Source of the DNA: Candidatus Bathyarchaeota archaeon
GTDB lineage: Archaea > Thermoproteota > Bathyarchaeia > Bathyarchaeales > Bathycorpusculaceae
Assembly: GCA_963780185.1 (NCBI GenBank)
Contig: CAWABA010000009.1
Coordinates: forward strand, 128,001 to 192,000
Direction of reading: 5' to 3'
DNA: 64,000 nt
Each line of letters begins with the position of its first letter. The stretch's first letter is position 1. Positions 17,584-29,054 of the stretch are shown here, one piece after another. The notes beneath the pieces are model-generated. The model searched no databases. It was not told the origin of the DNA and was given only the letters and a program-made list of their open reading frames with translations. The position numbers and the translations under genes are program-made.

Positions 17584-19488
17584 ATGGCAATAATGAATCC
17601 TTACCTTGAAGCGCTTCAGCCAAAACTCAGCGACTCAGACTTCAAGAAACTAAGCAGCATGGATAACCCGAACGTTCACGAGTTCATAGCTAAAGAAGCC
17701 GACCTTTGCCAGCCTAAAGACATTTTCATCTGCAGCGACTCCGCCGAAGACATCGCCCACGTCCGCAAACAAGCAATATCCACAGGAGAAGAACAAGCAA
17801 TCTTAACCATGCCCGGACACACCGTGCATTTTGACGGCGAATACGACCAGGGACGAGACCGCCAAGCCACCAAGTACCTTGTACCCAAAGGAATCGTCCT
17901 AAGCAAAGCCCTCAACCAAATGGACCGCCAAGAAGGATTAGCCGAAGTCAGGTCTATTCTGCGTGATTCCATGCAGGGCAGAACAATGATTGTCCGCTTC
18001 ATATCGCTGGGACCTCAAGATTCAATCTTCACAATTCTCGGTTTACAATGTACCGACTCATGGTACGTTGCCCACTCAGAAAGCCTGCTTTACCGTTCTG
18101 GATATGACCAGTTCTTGAAGGCGGGGCCAAAAAGCGATTTCCTACGTGTCGTTCACTCCGCGGGAAAACTGAACGGCGACATGATAAGTGTTGACCACGA
18201 CAAGAAATGCGTCTACATCGACCACATGGACAACACCATCTACAGCGTAAACACCCAGTACGCAGGCAACTCTGTCGGCTTCAAAAAGCTGGCTTTCCGT
18301 TTAGCTATCCGCAAGGCAAGCAGCGAAGGCTGGTTGGCAGAACACATGTTGCTCATGGGCGTGTTCGGTCCCGGCGGACGCAAAACTTACTTTGCAGGAG
18401 CGTTCCCCAGTGCCTGCGGAAAAACATCCACCGCCATGCTTTCTGGAGAGACAATTCTCGGCGACGACATCGCTTACATAAGGGACATAGATGCTGTGGC
18501 GCACGCAGTTAACGTTGAGTCAGGCATTTTCGGCATCATACAGGACGTAAACCCGAAGGACGACGCCTTAATCTACAAGTTACTTACCAACCCAGGCGAA
18601 ATCATCTTTTCAAACGTGCTCGTTAAGGACGGCAAACCTTACTGGCTAGGCATGGGGCAAGAGCTTCCTAAAGACGGCTGCAACTACACGGGCGCATGGT
18701 TTGACGGCAAAAAAGATGAATCAGGCAACGATATTCCGCCAGCCAACAAAAACGCGCGTTACACGTTGGCGCTTAAAGCGTTGGAGAACTGTGACCCTGA
18801 ACTTCATAACCCGATGGGTATTGAAGTCGGCGGCATAATGTATGGTGGACGTGACTACAAGGCTTACGTGCCTGTTCAGCAAAGCTTCAGCTGGCAACAC
18901 GGCATCATCGCCTACGGCGCCTCCCTTGAAACAGTCACCACGTTTGCCACAGTCGGCAAAGAAGGCGTTCCCGAAATCAACATGATGAGCCTACAGGACT
19001 TCATCTCGATCCCGCTTGGAAAAAACGTTCATAACAACTTGGATTTCGGACACAAACTAAAGAAGCAGCCGATAATCTTCGGAGTCAACTATTTCCTCAA
19101 AGAAGTCGGAAACGGCAAGTACCTCAACGGCACACAGGACAAGCATGTTTGGATAAAATGGATGGAGCAAAGAGTCCACAACGAAGTCGGCGCCATAGAA
19201 ACTCCCACTGGCTACATCCCCAAATACGAGGATCTGCATCGGCTATTCAAACAGGTGCTAAACAAAAACTACCCCAAAGAAGACTACATCAAACAATTCA
19301 CCATCCGCGTCCCCGAAAACCTCGCCAAGATCGAACGTGTCTCACGGTTCTACCAAGAAAACGTCACAGACACCCCGCTGGAGCTGTTCGGCATCCTGTA
19401 TCTGCAACGTCAACGCCTACTTGAAGCCAAAGAAAAATACGGCGACTACATTTCCCCCGAAAACTTTGAGACACAAAAAGCAAAGTAG
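17584..19488 (+). CDS. pckG: GTP-dependent phosphoenolpyruvate carboxykinase
   Basis: YAGNSVGFKKLAFRLA, GWLAEHM, GAFPSACGKTSTAM, GDDIAY, NKNARY, VNYF. Confidence 0.95.
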   Translation: MAIMNPYLEALQPKLSDSDFKKLSSMDNPNVHEFIAKEADLCQPKDIFICSDSAEDIAHVRKQAISTGEEQAILTMPGHTVHFDGEYDQGRDRQATKYLVPKGIVLSKALNQMDRQEGLAEVRSILRDSMQGRTMIVRFISLGPQDSIFTILGLQCTDSWYVAHSESLLYRSGYDQFLKAGPKSDFLRVVHSAGKLNGDMISVDHDKKCVYIDHMDNTIYSVNTQYAGNSVGFKKLAFRLAIRKASSEGWLAEHMLLMGVFGPGGRKTYFAGAFPSACGKTSTAMLSGETILGDDIAYIRDIDAVAHAVNVESGIFGIIQDVNPKDDALIYKLLTNPGEIIFSNVLVKDGKPYWLGMGQELPKDGCNYTGAWFDGKKDESGNDIPPANKNARYTLALKALENCDPELHNPMGIEVGGIMYGGRDYKAYVPVQQSFSWQHGIIAYGASLETVTTFATVGKEGVPEINMMSLQDFISIPLGKNVHNNLDFGHKLKKQPIIFGVNYFLKEVGNGKYLNGTQDKHVWIKWMEQRVHNEVGAIETPTGYIPKYEDLHRLFKQVLNKNYPKEDYIKQFTIRVPENLAKIERVSRFYQENVTDTPLELFGILYLQRQRLLEAKEKYGDYISPENFETQKAK

Positions 19489-19644
19489 GCTGGATGCATT
19501 GCGGAAGCCACTGTCTTTTTTCCCTCTTTTGGGTAAAATCTTAAAAGTATCCTCTATACTGACTAGAAATTCATAACCGTTAATTAAGAAAAACACGGAA
19601 AAAGAAACACAGACAAAAGAAAACCAAACTAAGAGTGGAGTAAA

Positions 19645-19893
19645 ATGATGATGAAAAAGCTGGACAAAAAAAGTTTCCCCTACACCATAAACCTGGTTGC
19701 CATTGAGGGAGACGGTGCGTTCGCATGCCCCAAATGCGGAACAATGATTTCGCCTGACGACGAATCCGAAGCTAACTACAAAATCATGGACACCAAAGTC
19801 ATGAACGATGAACTTGCAGAGTTAGTCATCTCGTGCGGCAAATGCGGGAGCACCATAAGAATCACTGGTTTTCAAGCAGGCATCGACGCTTAA
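19645..19893 (+). CDS. Small Zn-binding protein
   Basis: GDGAFACPKCG...ISPDD...CGKCGS. Confidence 0.75.
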   Translation: MMMKKLDKKSFPYTINLVAIEGDGAFACPKCGTMISPDDESEANYKIMDTKVMNDELAELVISCGKCGSTIRITGFQAGIDA

Positions 19894-20054
19894 AATCGGC
19901 GAAATTGGCAAGTTCATTTGTGTCTGCCAAGTTCACGAAATCTGCCTAATCCAATTTTAACGAAAATTTTAATTTACAATCATTTGTTTGTTAAGTTTTG
20001 TTTTGAGCAAATGGTTTATTTCGGCTTTATGCATTACTCGAATTGTTGGTTTGA

Positions 20055-20658
20055 ATGCTTATTGAGACGTTCACGGTTGGCGGCTTGTCGACAAACTGCT
20101 ATGTCGTTGGCTCCCACGAGACCAAAGACGCAATCATAATTGACCCTGGAATAGACCTTATTTTTGAAGCCGACCAAATCATCGATTACATAGATGAAGC
20201 GGGTTTGAAGATAAAGCTGATAGTGAACACGCATGGGCACTCAGACCACATAAACGGCGACGCCATATTCCAAGAAAAATACAACGTACCCATCTGCATC
20301 CACCGTTTAGACGCGGATTGCCTCGCGGTGTTGGAGAACATAAATTTTCCCGCAACCGTCCTGCTGGATGACGGCAGCTATAATCGAGTTCGGCAACGAA
20401 TCCCTGAAAGTTATCCATACGCCTGGGCATACTCCAGGCAGCATCTGCCTTCTGGGGGACCGATTGGTTTTCACTGGCGACACCTTGTTTGCAGGCGGAA
20501 TCGGCAGAACCGATTTTCCAGGCGGCTCCGACAGCGACATGCAGGAGTCTCTTCAAAAACTGCAGCGTCTACCCGAGAACCTGCTAATTTACCCCGGACA
20601 TGGACCAACATCGATGATTGGCGAAGAAAAAAGGGTCAACCCATTCCTAACAGGCTAA
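20055..20658 (+). CDS. MBL-fold metallo-hydrolase (glyoxalase II-like); frameshift near 20378
   Basis: TNCYVV, IIDPG, THGHSDHING, then HTPGHTPGS, FTGDTLFAGGIGRTD, YPGHG. Confidence 0.9.
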
Positions 20659-20676
20659 CTTTTCGGCGAAAATTAA

Positions 20677-21405
20677 TTATTTTGCGTTCGCAACCAAGAT
20701 GAGTCTGTTAGAGTCGGGGCTAAACTGTTGCCCTTCATAGTCTCCATAAACCTGTTTAACCGCAAAACCCGCTTTCTCCAATAAATCCCGCAAGCGCTCA
20801 AGCTTGTACAAACGGGCAACATGTCTGAAAGACCGAGTTTTCCCGTCAGCTTTGTTACAAATCACCCACAAATCCCGAAGTTTTTCGCCGTTTTCGTCAA
20901 CGGTTCGTTTTTGTGAAGAAAGAAACCTGGGTATTCCCTGCGTTTGGAATTGGCTGTGTGTTTGGTTGCGTATTTTTTGATTAGTCGTTCCCGATTGAAG
21001 ACGTCAACAATGACTGTGCTGTCCTGTTTGAGCGTTTCATGAAGTTCCCTTAGGCTTTGAATGTCATCCTCCTCGGTGGGCAAATATCCAAAACTCGTAT
21101 CCATGCTTACCGCGGCAACGAAAACCCCCGGCTTAAACGGTAAACGTCGCATATCAGCCCTTACCAGTTGCATGCTGCTTAGTCGGGTTTTTGCTATTTT
21201 GAGAAGCTTTCGCGAGATGTCCAAGCCCACAATGTCGTAGCCTTCTTTGCTGAGTGGAATCATGTGCCTTCCTGTTCCGCAGGCAAAATCCAAAACCAGC
21301 CCCTGTCGGCTTTAGCGTGTTTTTTATGAATTGCACTTGCCTTTGCGTTGGGTTTTGGTCAGCTATCTCCGCCCAGTAAACACCCATCTCGTCAAAAACG
21401 TTCAT
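20677..21405 (-). CDS. Class I SAM-dependent methyltransferase split by two frameshifts
   Basis: MNVFDEMGVYWAEIAD / DFACGTGRH...GLDIS...ADMRRLPF / ARLYKLERL...AGF...VYGDY. Confidence 0.8.
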
Positions 21406-21647
21406 ACAATCATTTTTCGTCTTGGTTATACAAAGAAATGGTTTGTCATTCTTATATTGTAATATAATGTTTACCGATTTTATTGGACTTTGTTCCTGCT
21501 GCTCGCCATGCTGAATCCTCTAGAGTTAAGTATGGGCGTCTATTTTGGTTTAAAAAACCGGTTGCCGAGACTTTAGTTCTCGAATATAAGAAATGTAGGT
21601 AGTTCTGCGTTTGCAAAAGCTCTTAAGAGTTTGCGTATTATTGCTAA

Positions 21648-23424
21648 TTGAGTGTTATGGCAAAGACGAAAGCTGACTTAAGCGTGTTCTTGATAGCTCT
21701 TCTGATTAGCTGCTTAGCTTTTGTCGTCATTGCGCATTTTGGCACAGCTCAAAGCGGTAGCAATGAAATAAGCAGAGTTAAAGGTAACGCAAACGGAATT
21801 ACTTTTTCAGACGACATCTCAATAAATCTGACAGCCACGCCACAAGACGGCGATGTTCTCATAGCAGTAGTAGGCGCAGGATGTAATGATTCCATAATTG
21901 GCGTTAGTAACATAACAGAGGGCGGAGTGAGTTGGACGCCAATAGATAGTTATGACATTCCAAGCTCAGAGGTTATGAGGCCACACTATCCACTTGAGTC
22001 ATATACATGTGAAATATGGATAGGAATAGTGAACTCAGGGGCTAACTCAAGTCTAACCGTCAACCTAACAAACGTAGCAACATATGGAGCAACATGCGAT
22101 GTTTGTGAATACAATAACGTTAACACTACCGCACCACTTGACCAATATGGAAACTCTGCCATCGAAGATTATGGTACCAGTCTTCCAACTGGATTTACCC
22201 CACCTACAACTCAAAGCAACGAACTATGGATAGGCGCGATATGGACAGATGGCGGTCAACAGTTTAACGCTGGAAATGGGTTTGTATTGATGGATGGTAC
22301 AGCAAACAGCTATGGCAATTCTCTTTCTTTAATTGATGAAATTGTTAACGAAACTGGGGTAGCTTCAAGTAATACAACAATTTCTCCATTATCCTATCCG
22401 AGTAACTACGTTGGAATCATAGCAACTTCAGAGGAGTCCTTGGACACTACACCAACCCCAACACCAACAGCTTCTCCAACCCCTTCATCAAGTCCAACAA
22501 CTACGCCTACTCCTTCGTCCACGCCAACCCCAACTCCAACGCCGGTACCAACTTCAACTCCAAAACCCTCTCCGACGCCGGCATCCGCGTCAACTGCAAC
22601 TCCAACACCTGCACCAACGTTCACCTCAATATTCACCCCATTGCCGTCTCCAACTAAGACAGCTACGCCTACATCTTCACCTTCTCCAACCTCCACCTCT
22701 TTGGTATCGTCCTCATTCTTGGTGGGAAAACACGCTAACACTGGATATAATTGCAGTTGTATTGTTGGTGGGCGTTTTTGTGCCTGCCATTTATTATGGA
22801 CGCTTTAAACCTAGGCGGCTCAACCTCTGCAGCAAATTGGTCGCTAAAGGGTAATGGTCTGGTTCAGAAAAATGATTTGCCTCAAGCTGTAAAATATTTT
22901 GCGAGGGCAAGCATCGTAGGTTTCAAAGCGAAATCTTACAGTGCTGCTTCCATAGCATTAGAACGTTACATTGAAGCTGCAAAATCTTTAGTCATTAAAT
23001 CCGTTTTGAGAGGCGCCAAAACTAAAACCTTTGAAGGCGTTAGCAAATTGCAACGTGAAATAGCAATGATTACTTCGGGTAAGAACATGGAATCCTCGCT
23101 TTTGGGCTCAAGCCTTGAACTGCGTCAATGGTCTCGATTTGCTTGTTAGCCAAGGCGCGTGAAGATAACTTGAATTTTATGGTTGATGAAGCCTTGAAGA
23201 ATCCTAAGTGGAACATGCTTTTCTTGAGGCAGTTAACGGTTCAGATGACGATTTCGATAGCGGATTTAGCTGCGAAAGTTAGGATACAGCGTAGAGGCAG
23301 CGTTCAGGCTTCTATCAAAATGCATCAATTTAAAGAAGATCGAAGGCTACTTTACCAGTTGACAACAAAAAATATGTTTCAAAAGAATATGTGCAAAAAC
23401 AACTATTAGCACATCTAAAGATAG
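21648..23424 (+). CDS. Single-pass membrane protein: secreted domain, PT stalk, TM, cytoplasmic helical region, PCI-like winged helix (several frameshifts; end approximate)
   Basis: Signal peptide; beta-rich domain; PT repeat; off-frame [26 protein letters not shown]; C-terminal [47 protein letters not shown] after frame repair. Confidence 0.6.
22448..22700 (+). repeat. Pro/Thr/Ser-coding low-complexity stalk
   Basis: [17 protein letters not shown]... Confidence 0.85.
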
Positions 23425-23506
23425 CGTTGCATCGATGATTATCGCCGTCTTAATTTTTCGAGCCGCTTAAATATCCTTACAGCTTACTCTCTACTCCGCT
23501 GGAGAC

Positions 23507-24202
23507 ATGGCTTTGAGTGAAAAGCAGGATTGGCAGCATCTTTACATGCTTCTGAAGCTTGCGGAGATGGGGGCTTACCGTCGAACCGCCAAAATCTCAA
23601 CCGAATACTTAGCGGGGAAACTTGGGTTTAGTCAGCAGACTGCGTCTCGCTACCTCATCGAGCTTGAACGTAAAGGCTGGATTTCACGCAACATTACTCC
23701 TGAAGGCAGCTTAATTCGGATTGAAGAGGCAGGCGCAAAAGAGGTGCAGAAGCTTTATTCCAGCCTCAAGTTTCTGGTTGAAAAATCCTATCCGCCGTCG
23801 GTAACTTTGGAGGGAACCGTCTTCACGGGGCTAGGCGAAGGCGCATACTACATCTCCAAAGAGCATTATCGGGAACAGTTCGCTAAAAAGCTGGGTTTTG
23901 ACCCGTACCCCGGCACCCTTAACCTTAAGCTGACAGCGGACTACGACATCAAAACCCGCATGGAGCTGGAGGCGTACCCAGCCGTCGAAGTCACAGGTTT
24001 CAAGAACGAAGACCGCTCCTTCGGCTTGGTAAAATGTTACCCCGCAGTGATAGACAACAAAGTAAAAGGCGCCCTTGTAACTGCGCTGCGAAGCCACTAC
24101 GATGTCTCAGTGCTGGAAATCATCGCGCCCGTCTGCCTAAGAAAACAGTTAAACCTCAAAGACGGAAACAAAGTAAAAATCGAAATCACAACCGCCCCGT
24201 AA
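23507..24202 (+). CDS. ribK: CTP-dependent riboflavin kinase with N-terminal wHTH (RbkR type)
   Basis: SQQTASRYLIELE; GTVFTGLGEGAYY; LGFDPYPGTLN; SHY...LEIIAPVCLR. Confidence 0.93.
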   Translation: MALSEKQDWQHLYMLLKLAEMGAYRRTAKISTEYLAGKLGFSQQTASRYLIELERKGWISRNITPEGSLIRIEEAGAKEVQKLYSSLKFLVEKSYPPSVTLEGTVFTGLGEGAYYISKEHYREQFAKKLGFDPYPGTLNLKLTADYDIKTRMELEAYPAVEVTGFKNEDRSFGLVKCYPAVIDNKVKGALVTALRSHYDVSVLEIIAPVCLRKQLNLKDGNKVKIEITTAP

Positions 24203-24255
24203 CCTAAAACGGGTACAGCGGATGCTTATACTTAACGGAGTATTCCTGCAGCGGT

Positions 24256-24830
24256 TTACGCGCTAGTCGCAATCCAGTAGCCGACTAGCAAACCAAAGCC
24301 TAAGCCGCCGAGATGTGCCAAATCATTTACTCCAGCGCTTAATCCGCTGATAAGCAGCAGGAAAAAAGCGTAGATAAGTGCTCCCACGATGGATTGCCGA
24401 ACGGAACGCCTGTCATAAATGACGCATGCGCCGAAAAGCGCGAAGATTGCGCCTGAAGCCCCAACGGAGAAGGTCAAAAATCCGGTCCAAACGCCAGCGA
24501 CAAAACGTTGCCTACGAAGCCGCCGACAAAGTAGATTCCGAGGTATTCAGGCAGCGAAAACATTTCTTCTGATCGCAAGCCGAAGATGAAGAGGAAAAGC
24601 ATGTTGCCGACAAGGTGCGGTATCGAGGCGTGGATGAACATGGATGTGAAAAGCTGGAAGTACCAGCCGTGCAGAACCTCGATGTTCCATTGGTACAGAG
24701 GAGGGATGCCGGCGAGGTTCGTGGTCAGAGCGTTGCCGCCGACTATCGAAGTGTAAACGTACATTGCCACGTTAAGGGCTATGAGAATAATTGTCGGCTT
24801 GTACTTCTCGCTGTTCATCGGCAAAACCAA
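24256..24830 (-). CDS. Rhomboid intramembrane serine protease; frameshift near 24475
   Basis: FTSMFIHASIPHLVGNML; SVGASGAIF; AHLGGL. Confidence 0.88.
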
Positions 24831-24832
24831 AC

Positions 24833-25294
24833 TTAAGTTTTAAGCTTGTTGATTATTTCCTGCTTAATCTTGCTTGAACTATCTAAAGTATTCTGCCCAA
24901 ACTTGCCGATCCGCACGACTTTAACTTTTGAACCGTGGGTTTTCACGTAATCCAGCACTTTCCTTGCCATGTCTTGCTGGTCGTATCCCAACGCAATCAC
25001 GTCTGGCTTAATGTCCTCTATGACTTCGCCGAGGTCAAATTCCTCATAGCCAAGCACCGCCCTATCCACCACCTTCAAAGACTCAACCAGCAGACAACGC
25101 TCAGTCTCAGACATAATCGGCTTCCTGCCCTTGGTTTTCTCAACCGTGCTGTCCCTTGCAACAACAACAATTAGCTCGGCGCCTTCTCCGCCTGCCTTCT
25201 TGGCTTCCTCTAAAAACTTCACGTGCCCCAGATGCAGCAGGTCAAACACGCCTGAAGCTAAGACAACTTTTTTCTTTCCTGATTGGTTGGCCAT
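24833..25294 (-). CDS. ribL: FAD synthase
   Basis: ASGVFDLLHLGH, VVARD, KPDVIALGYDQ, SSSKIK; close to ribK. Confidence 0.9.
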   Translation of the reverse strand: MANQSGKKKVVLASGVFDLLHLGHVKFLEEAKKAGGEGAELIVVVARDSTVEKTKGRKPIMSETERCLLVESLKVVDRAVLGYEEFDLGEVIEDIKPDVIALGYDQQDMARKVLDYVKTHGSKVKVVRIGKFGQNTLDSSSKIKQEIINKLKT

Positions 25295-25545
25295 TCGAAT
25301 TTCACAGCGCCTAACAACCTTAACGCGTCAAGGAGCCCTTCACAGTAAGCTACCGAGGTTAAGCTTGTTTCAAATTTTCCCTGAGCCTTATAATACTTTG
25401 CGTCCTCCAAATAGTCAGCTGCCCAACGCAGAACCTTCGCAGCATCAGCCTCCGAAACCGTGACGGCATCCTTTGTCTGCACCAGCTCTTTGAGCACTTT
25501 TTCCGCTGAGCCGATGTATTTTGCCGCAAGCGTCTCCGCACTCAT
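25258..25545 (-). CDS. DUF357 protein
   Basis: YLEDAKYY...SLTSVAYCEGLLDALRLLG; directly follows dph5. Confidence 0.88.
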   Translation of the reverse strand: MSAETLAAKYIGSAEKVLKELVQTKDAVTVSEADAAKVLRWAADYLEDAKYYKAQGKFETSLTSVAYCEGLLDALRLLGAVKFEWPTNQERKKLS

Positions 25546-26339
25546 TTGGCAAGCCTCCGAAACTCCGCTGGCGCACCTGCAAACGCGATTAAGGCTTCAA
25601 CTTCCATAAAATGCATGTCGCCTGGAAAAATCAAGCTGAAAGGCGGCTCACCGAAATCAAAACCAACAATGTCCCTGAGGAAATCCGCCTTCAACGTTGG
25701 GTTCTTGCTTCCTGCCCGAGCCACCCCCACCGCAACAGTATCCGGCGTCGCAGCGCCCTGTTTCTTCTTATTTTCAACTTCCGAAAGCAACGCGACGGCT
25801 TGGCTGATGCTTAGGAACTGCTTTTCAGGAGCTTTCAAATCAAGCAGGCAAAGCGTGTGCAAACCAACCTTTTTGTTTTGGGCTATCACGTCGTAGGGTG
25901 TCGCGGAGAAATTCTCTGGGAAAGGAACCGTGACGGTTTTTCCAAACTTGTAATTATGAAGCCCCGACAGGCTAACAATCGCCGAGATTATTGATGCGCC
26001 ATGCACAATGCGGGTTTTTACTCCTTGTTTTTCCGCGTCGATTCTGAGGGTGACGTGGGTTGTGGCGATGAAGGGGTCGCCTGGGACAAGAAAAACGGTT
26101 TTGCCTTTTTGGGCGGCTTGCAGAATCGCCTTTCCGCTTTCTTCTTCGAGTTCGCGTCTTGAAACCAATTGAACCCGTTTGCCGCATAAGGCTTCGAAAC
26201 GTTGTAGGCTGAAGTCTGGCATGAGGCTCGTGTAGGTTTCCATGAAAACGGTGTCTGCGCTTTTGGTTTCTTCTAAGCCGTCTACGCTGATGCCTTTTTC
26301 ATCGTTTAACCCTAAGCCTACGAAGACAAGTTCCTTCAC
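25542..26339 (-). CDS. dph5: Diphthine synthase
   Basis: FVGLGL, ETYTS, PGDPFIATTH, SGLHNYKFGKTVTVPF, GLHTLCLLD, FGEPPFSLIFPG. Confidence 0.96.
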   Translation of the reverse strand: MKELVFVGLGLNDEKGISVDGLEETKSADTVFMETYTSLMPDFSLQRFEALCGKRVQLVSRRELEEESGKAILQAAQKGKTVFLVPGDPFIATTHVTLRIDAEKQGVKTRIVHGASIISAIVSLSGLHNYKFGKTVTVPFPENFSATPYDVIAQNKKVGLHTLCLLDLKAPEKQFLSISQAVALLSEVENKKKQGAATPDTVAVGVARAGSKNPTLKADFLRDIVGFDFGEPPFSLIFPGDMHFMEVEALIAFAGAPAEFRRLAK

Positions 26340-26380
26340 TTTAAGCCCCGCTAAGCTAACAGGGGTTTAAAACTTAAACG

Positions 26381-26563
26381 TTATTTCTCTTTTATGTCGC
26401 CGCTGTCAACCAGCTTCTTGTAGTAGACGCGGCATGCCTCCATTGAGATTCCTTGCCGCTGGCAGAACACAGAAAGAACCTCCTCTGCAGACTCGCCACG
26501 TTTCCTTTCCTTCACCATTTCCTTCAACAAATCGAAATTATGCTTATCTTCTTTATCGCTCAT
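26381..26563 (-). CDS. Small hypothetical protein
   Basis: 60 aa helical ORF co-oriented with dph5. Confidence 0.55.
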   Translation of the reverse strand: MSDKEDKHNFDLLKEMVKERKRGESAEEVLSVFCQRQGISMEACRVYYKKLVDSGDIKEK

Positions 26564-26790
26564 GAGCCAAAAAACCTTCCTAGTTATTCTTCCTTCGCCG
26601 ACCCAAAAAAACTTTTGCGTGCTGCCGCAACCAGCTAAGCCCGGTTTTCAAGGTGATGCTTCTGCTGTTTGACTTCCCAATCTTATCCCCTACTTGTTCC
26701 GTTGATATAAGCCTAACCAAACATTTATATGATTTACGTCAAAGAGAAACCCATGCATTTCAGCCCCTGATGACTGAAGGATGAAACCCA

Positions 26791-27927
26791 ATGAAGCCTC
26801 TGGAAAACTTGGTCAGCGACCACATAAAAAACCTTAAGCCATGCGTACACGGCGGCGAGGTTTTGGATGCGGCAGGCAAAAGCGGGCTGAAACGAGAGGA
26901 AATTCTGGATTTCAGTTCAAGCGTGAACCCTCTGGGTCCATCTAAAAAAGCGCTTGAGGCAGCAAAGAAGGCTTTCAGCGAAATTCCAGCTTACCCCGAC
27001 TCAAACTCCACTGTGCTTCGGCAGGCAATCGCAAGTCACTTCAGCGGAATTGGCAAAAACAACGTTGTCGTCGGGAACGGCTCCACAGAACTCATGTACC
27101 TGTTCGCCGAGGCTTTCCTCAAAAAAGGGGAAGTCGCCCTAATTCCAGCCCCGACGTTCGGCGAATACGAAAGTGCAGTCAGAAAACAGGTGAAACGGCG
27201 AAATTCGTCAAGCTTAACAGAAACTTCAACGTTAGCGCAGAAGTTTTCTTCCGCGAAATGGTTGGCGCCAAAATCGTTTTCTTATGCAACCCCAACAACC
27301 CCACAAGCCTTCTTATCCCGAACGAAACCCTTACAGCCATTATTGAGCGTGCAATGGCTCAGGACACGCTTGTTTTTCTCGACGAAGACTTTTTAGAGTT
27401 CGTAGAAGACGAAAACGCCCTATCATTGATAGGCAAAATCAAACGTTACCCCAACCTGTTCATCCTGCGGTCTTTCACGAAGATTTTCGGGTTAACAGGT
27501 TTGCGTGTCGGTTACGGCATCGCCAGCGAAGAAATCATCGGTGTGCTTTCATGCGCCAAGATTCCTTGGAACGTTAACTGTTTAGCTCAGGCAGCAGCCG
27601 TCGCGGCGCTTCAAAGATGAGGAGCACCTGCGGGTGACTCGTGAGCTTATCAAAAAAGAAAAAGTGCAGCTTTTAGCGGAGCTGGAAAAATTCGGCGGTT
27701 TCAAGATTTACCCGGCTGACGCGAACTTTTTCTTCATCGACATCCGCAAGACGGGTTTAACCGCGACTGAACTCTCAGCCAAGTTGCTTTCGCAGGGCAT
27801 TTTGATTCGGGACTGCACGTCTTTCCATGGACTCGACAATTACTACATTCGTGTGGCAGTCAAGACGCATTCTGAGAATGAACATTTACTTGAAGCTTTA
27901 AAGCGGACAGTGAAGAATCAGCAATGA
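26791..27927 (+). CDS. cobD: Threonine-phosphate decarboxylase (class I/II PLP aminotransferase fold); frameshifts near 27187 and 27617
   Basis: HGG, DFSSSVNPLGP, YPD, GNGSTE, CNPNNPT, LRSFTKIFGLTGLRVGY, LIRDC; upstream of cbiB. Confidence 0.82.
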
Positions 27928-27937
27928 CCAGGTTTGA

Positions 27938-28924
27938 TTGCTAAGCATGTTTTCCTTTGACCTATCCCTTTTTGTGGATTCCGCCCTGATTTTCATCCTG
28001 GCTTTTTTGATTGACATAGTATTCGGGGAGTACCCCGACAGGATTCACCCAACCATCGGCATAGGCAAAATCATCAGCTACCTAAAACCGAAGCTGAAAA
28101 ACCCAAACCCCAAAATTGAAAAAGCAAACGGCGTCCTACTCGCCATAACCGTCATGCTTATCGCCGCGTTGCCTGTTTTTCTGGTGCTTTTCTGGCTCAG
28201 GCAATCCTTCGGTATCTACGGTCAAATAGCCTACATAATCGTGGGCGCAGTTCTGTTCAAAGCAACGTTCGCAATCCGAGGCATGGGACAATACACTAAG
28301 CCGATTGCGGCGGCGCTTGAAGAAGAACGATTTGGCGGAAGCCCGACGTTGGCTGCCATACATCGTTCGCAGAGACCCAAACACCCTAAACGAGAAACAG
28401 ATCACTTCCGCCGCAGTTGAATCCATCGCGGAAAGCACCACCGACGGAATAACCGCGCCGTTCTTCTTCTTTGCAATCTTCGGCGTCCCAGGCGCCTTCG
28501 CTTACCGCGTCATCAACACGTTGGATTCGATGGTGGGCTACAAAAACCCGGAAAACATCAACATCGGATGGTTCAGCGCAAACTTGGACACCATAACCAA
28601 CTACATCCCTGCCAGGTTAACGGCTTACCTGATGGTTGCCGCCTCCTACCTGCTCGGCGAGAACTGGCGCGAATCATGGCGCATCCTTAAGCGCGACAAA
28701 TCTAAAACCGTCAGCGTAAACGCAGGCTGGACCATCTCAGCCATGGCTGGCGCATTGGATACGCAGCTTGAGAAATCTGGGCATTACGCTCTCGGCGACG
28801 ACCATGGCATCACGCCACAACACATCGACAGGGCGCTGCGGGTAATGACGTGACTGCCGTCCTGTTCGGCGTGGTCGTAGTCATGCCAATTTTAGCCCTG
28901 AGAATTTATATAACTGGAATTTAG
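27938..28924 (+). CDS. cbiB: Adenosylcobinamide-phosphate synthase; frameshifts near 28320 and 28850
   Basis: GEYPDRIHP, IVRRD, AVESIAESTTDGITAP, YRVINTLDSMVGY, NYIPARLT, NAGW. Confidence 0.9.
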
Positions 28925-29054
28925 TGGAAAGATAGAAACAAAATCGGCTGGATATTGAGGTATTTTTACAACATATGTTGTGATAATGCAACAATAGGTA
29001 AACCTGACGTTGTTGGGGCAAAACATATTATGAAATTAACACTAACTTAGCATT

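Noticed and set aside
15600-28924. Programmed frameshifting or stop-codon recoding (Sec/Pyl) as the cause of the split genes
   Set aside because: The breaks are frame changes in both directions across unrelated genes, with no shared slippery motif and no in-frame UGA/UAG pattern; assembly error is simpler
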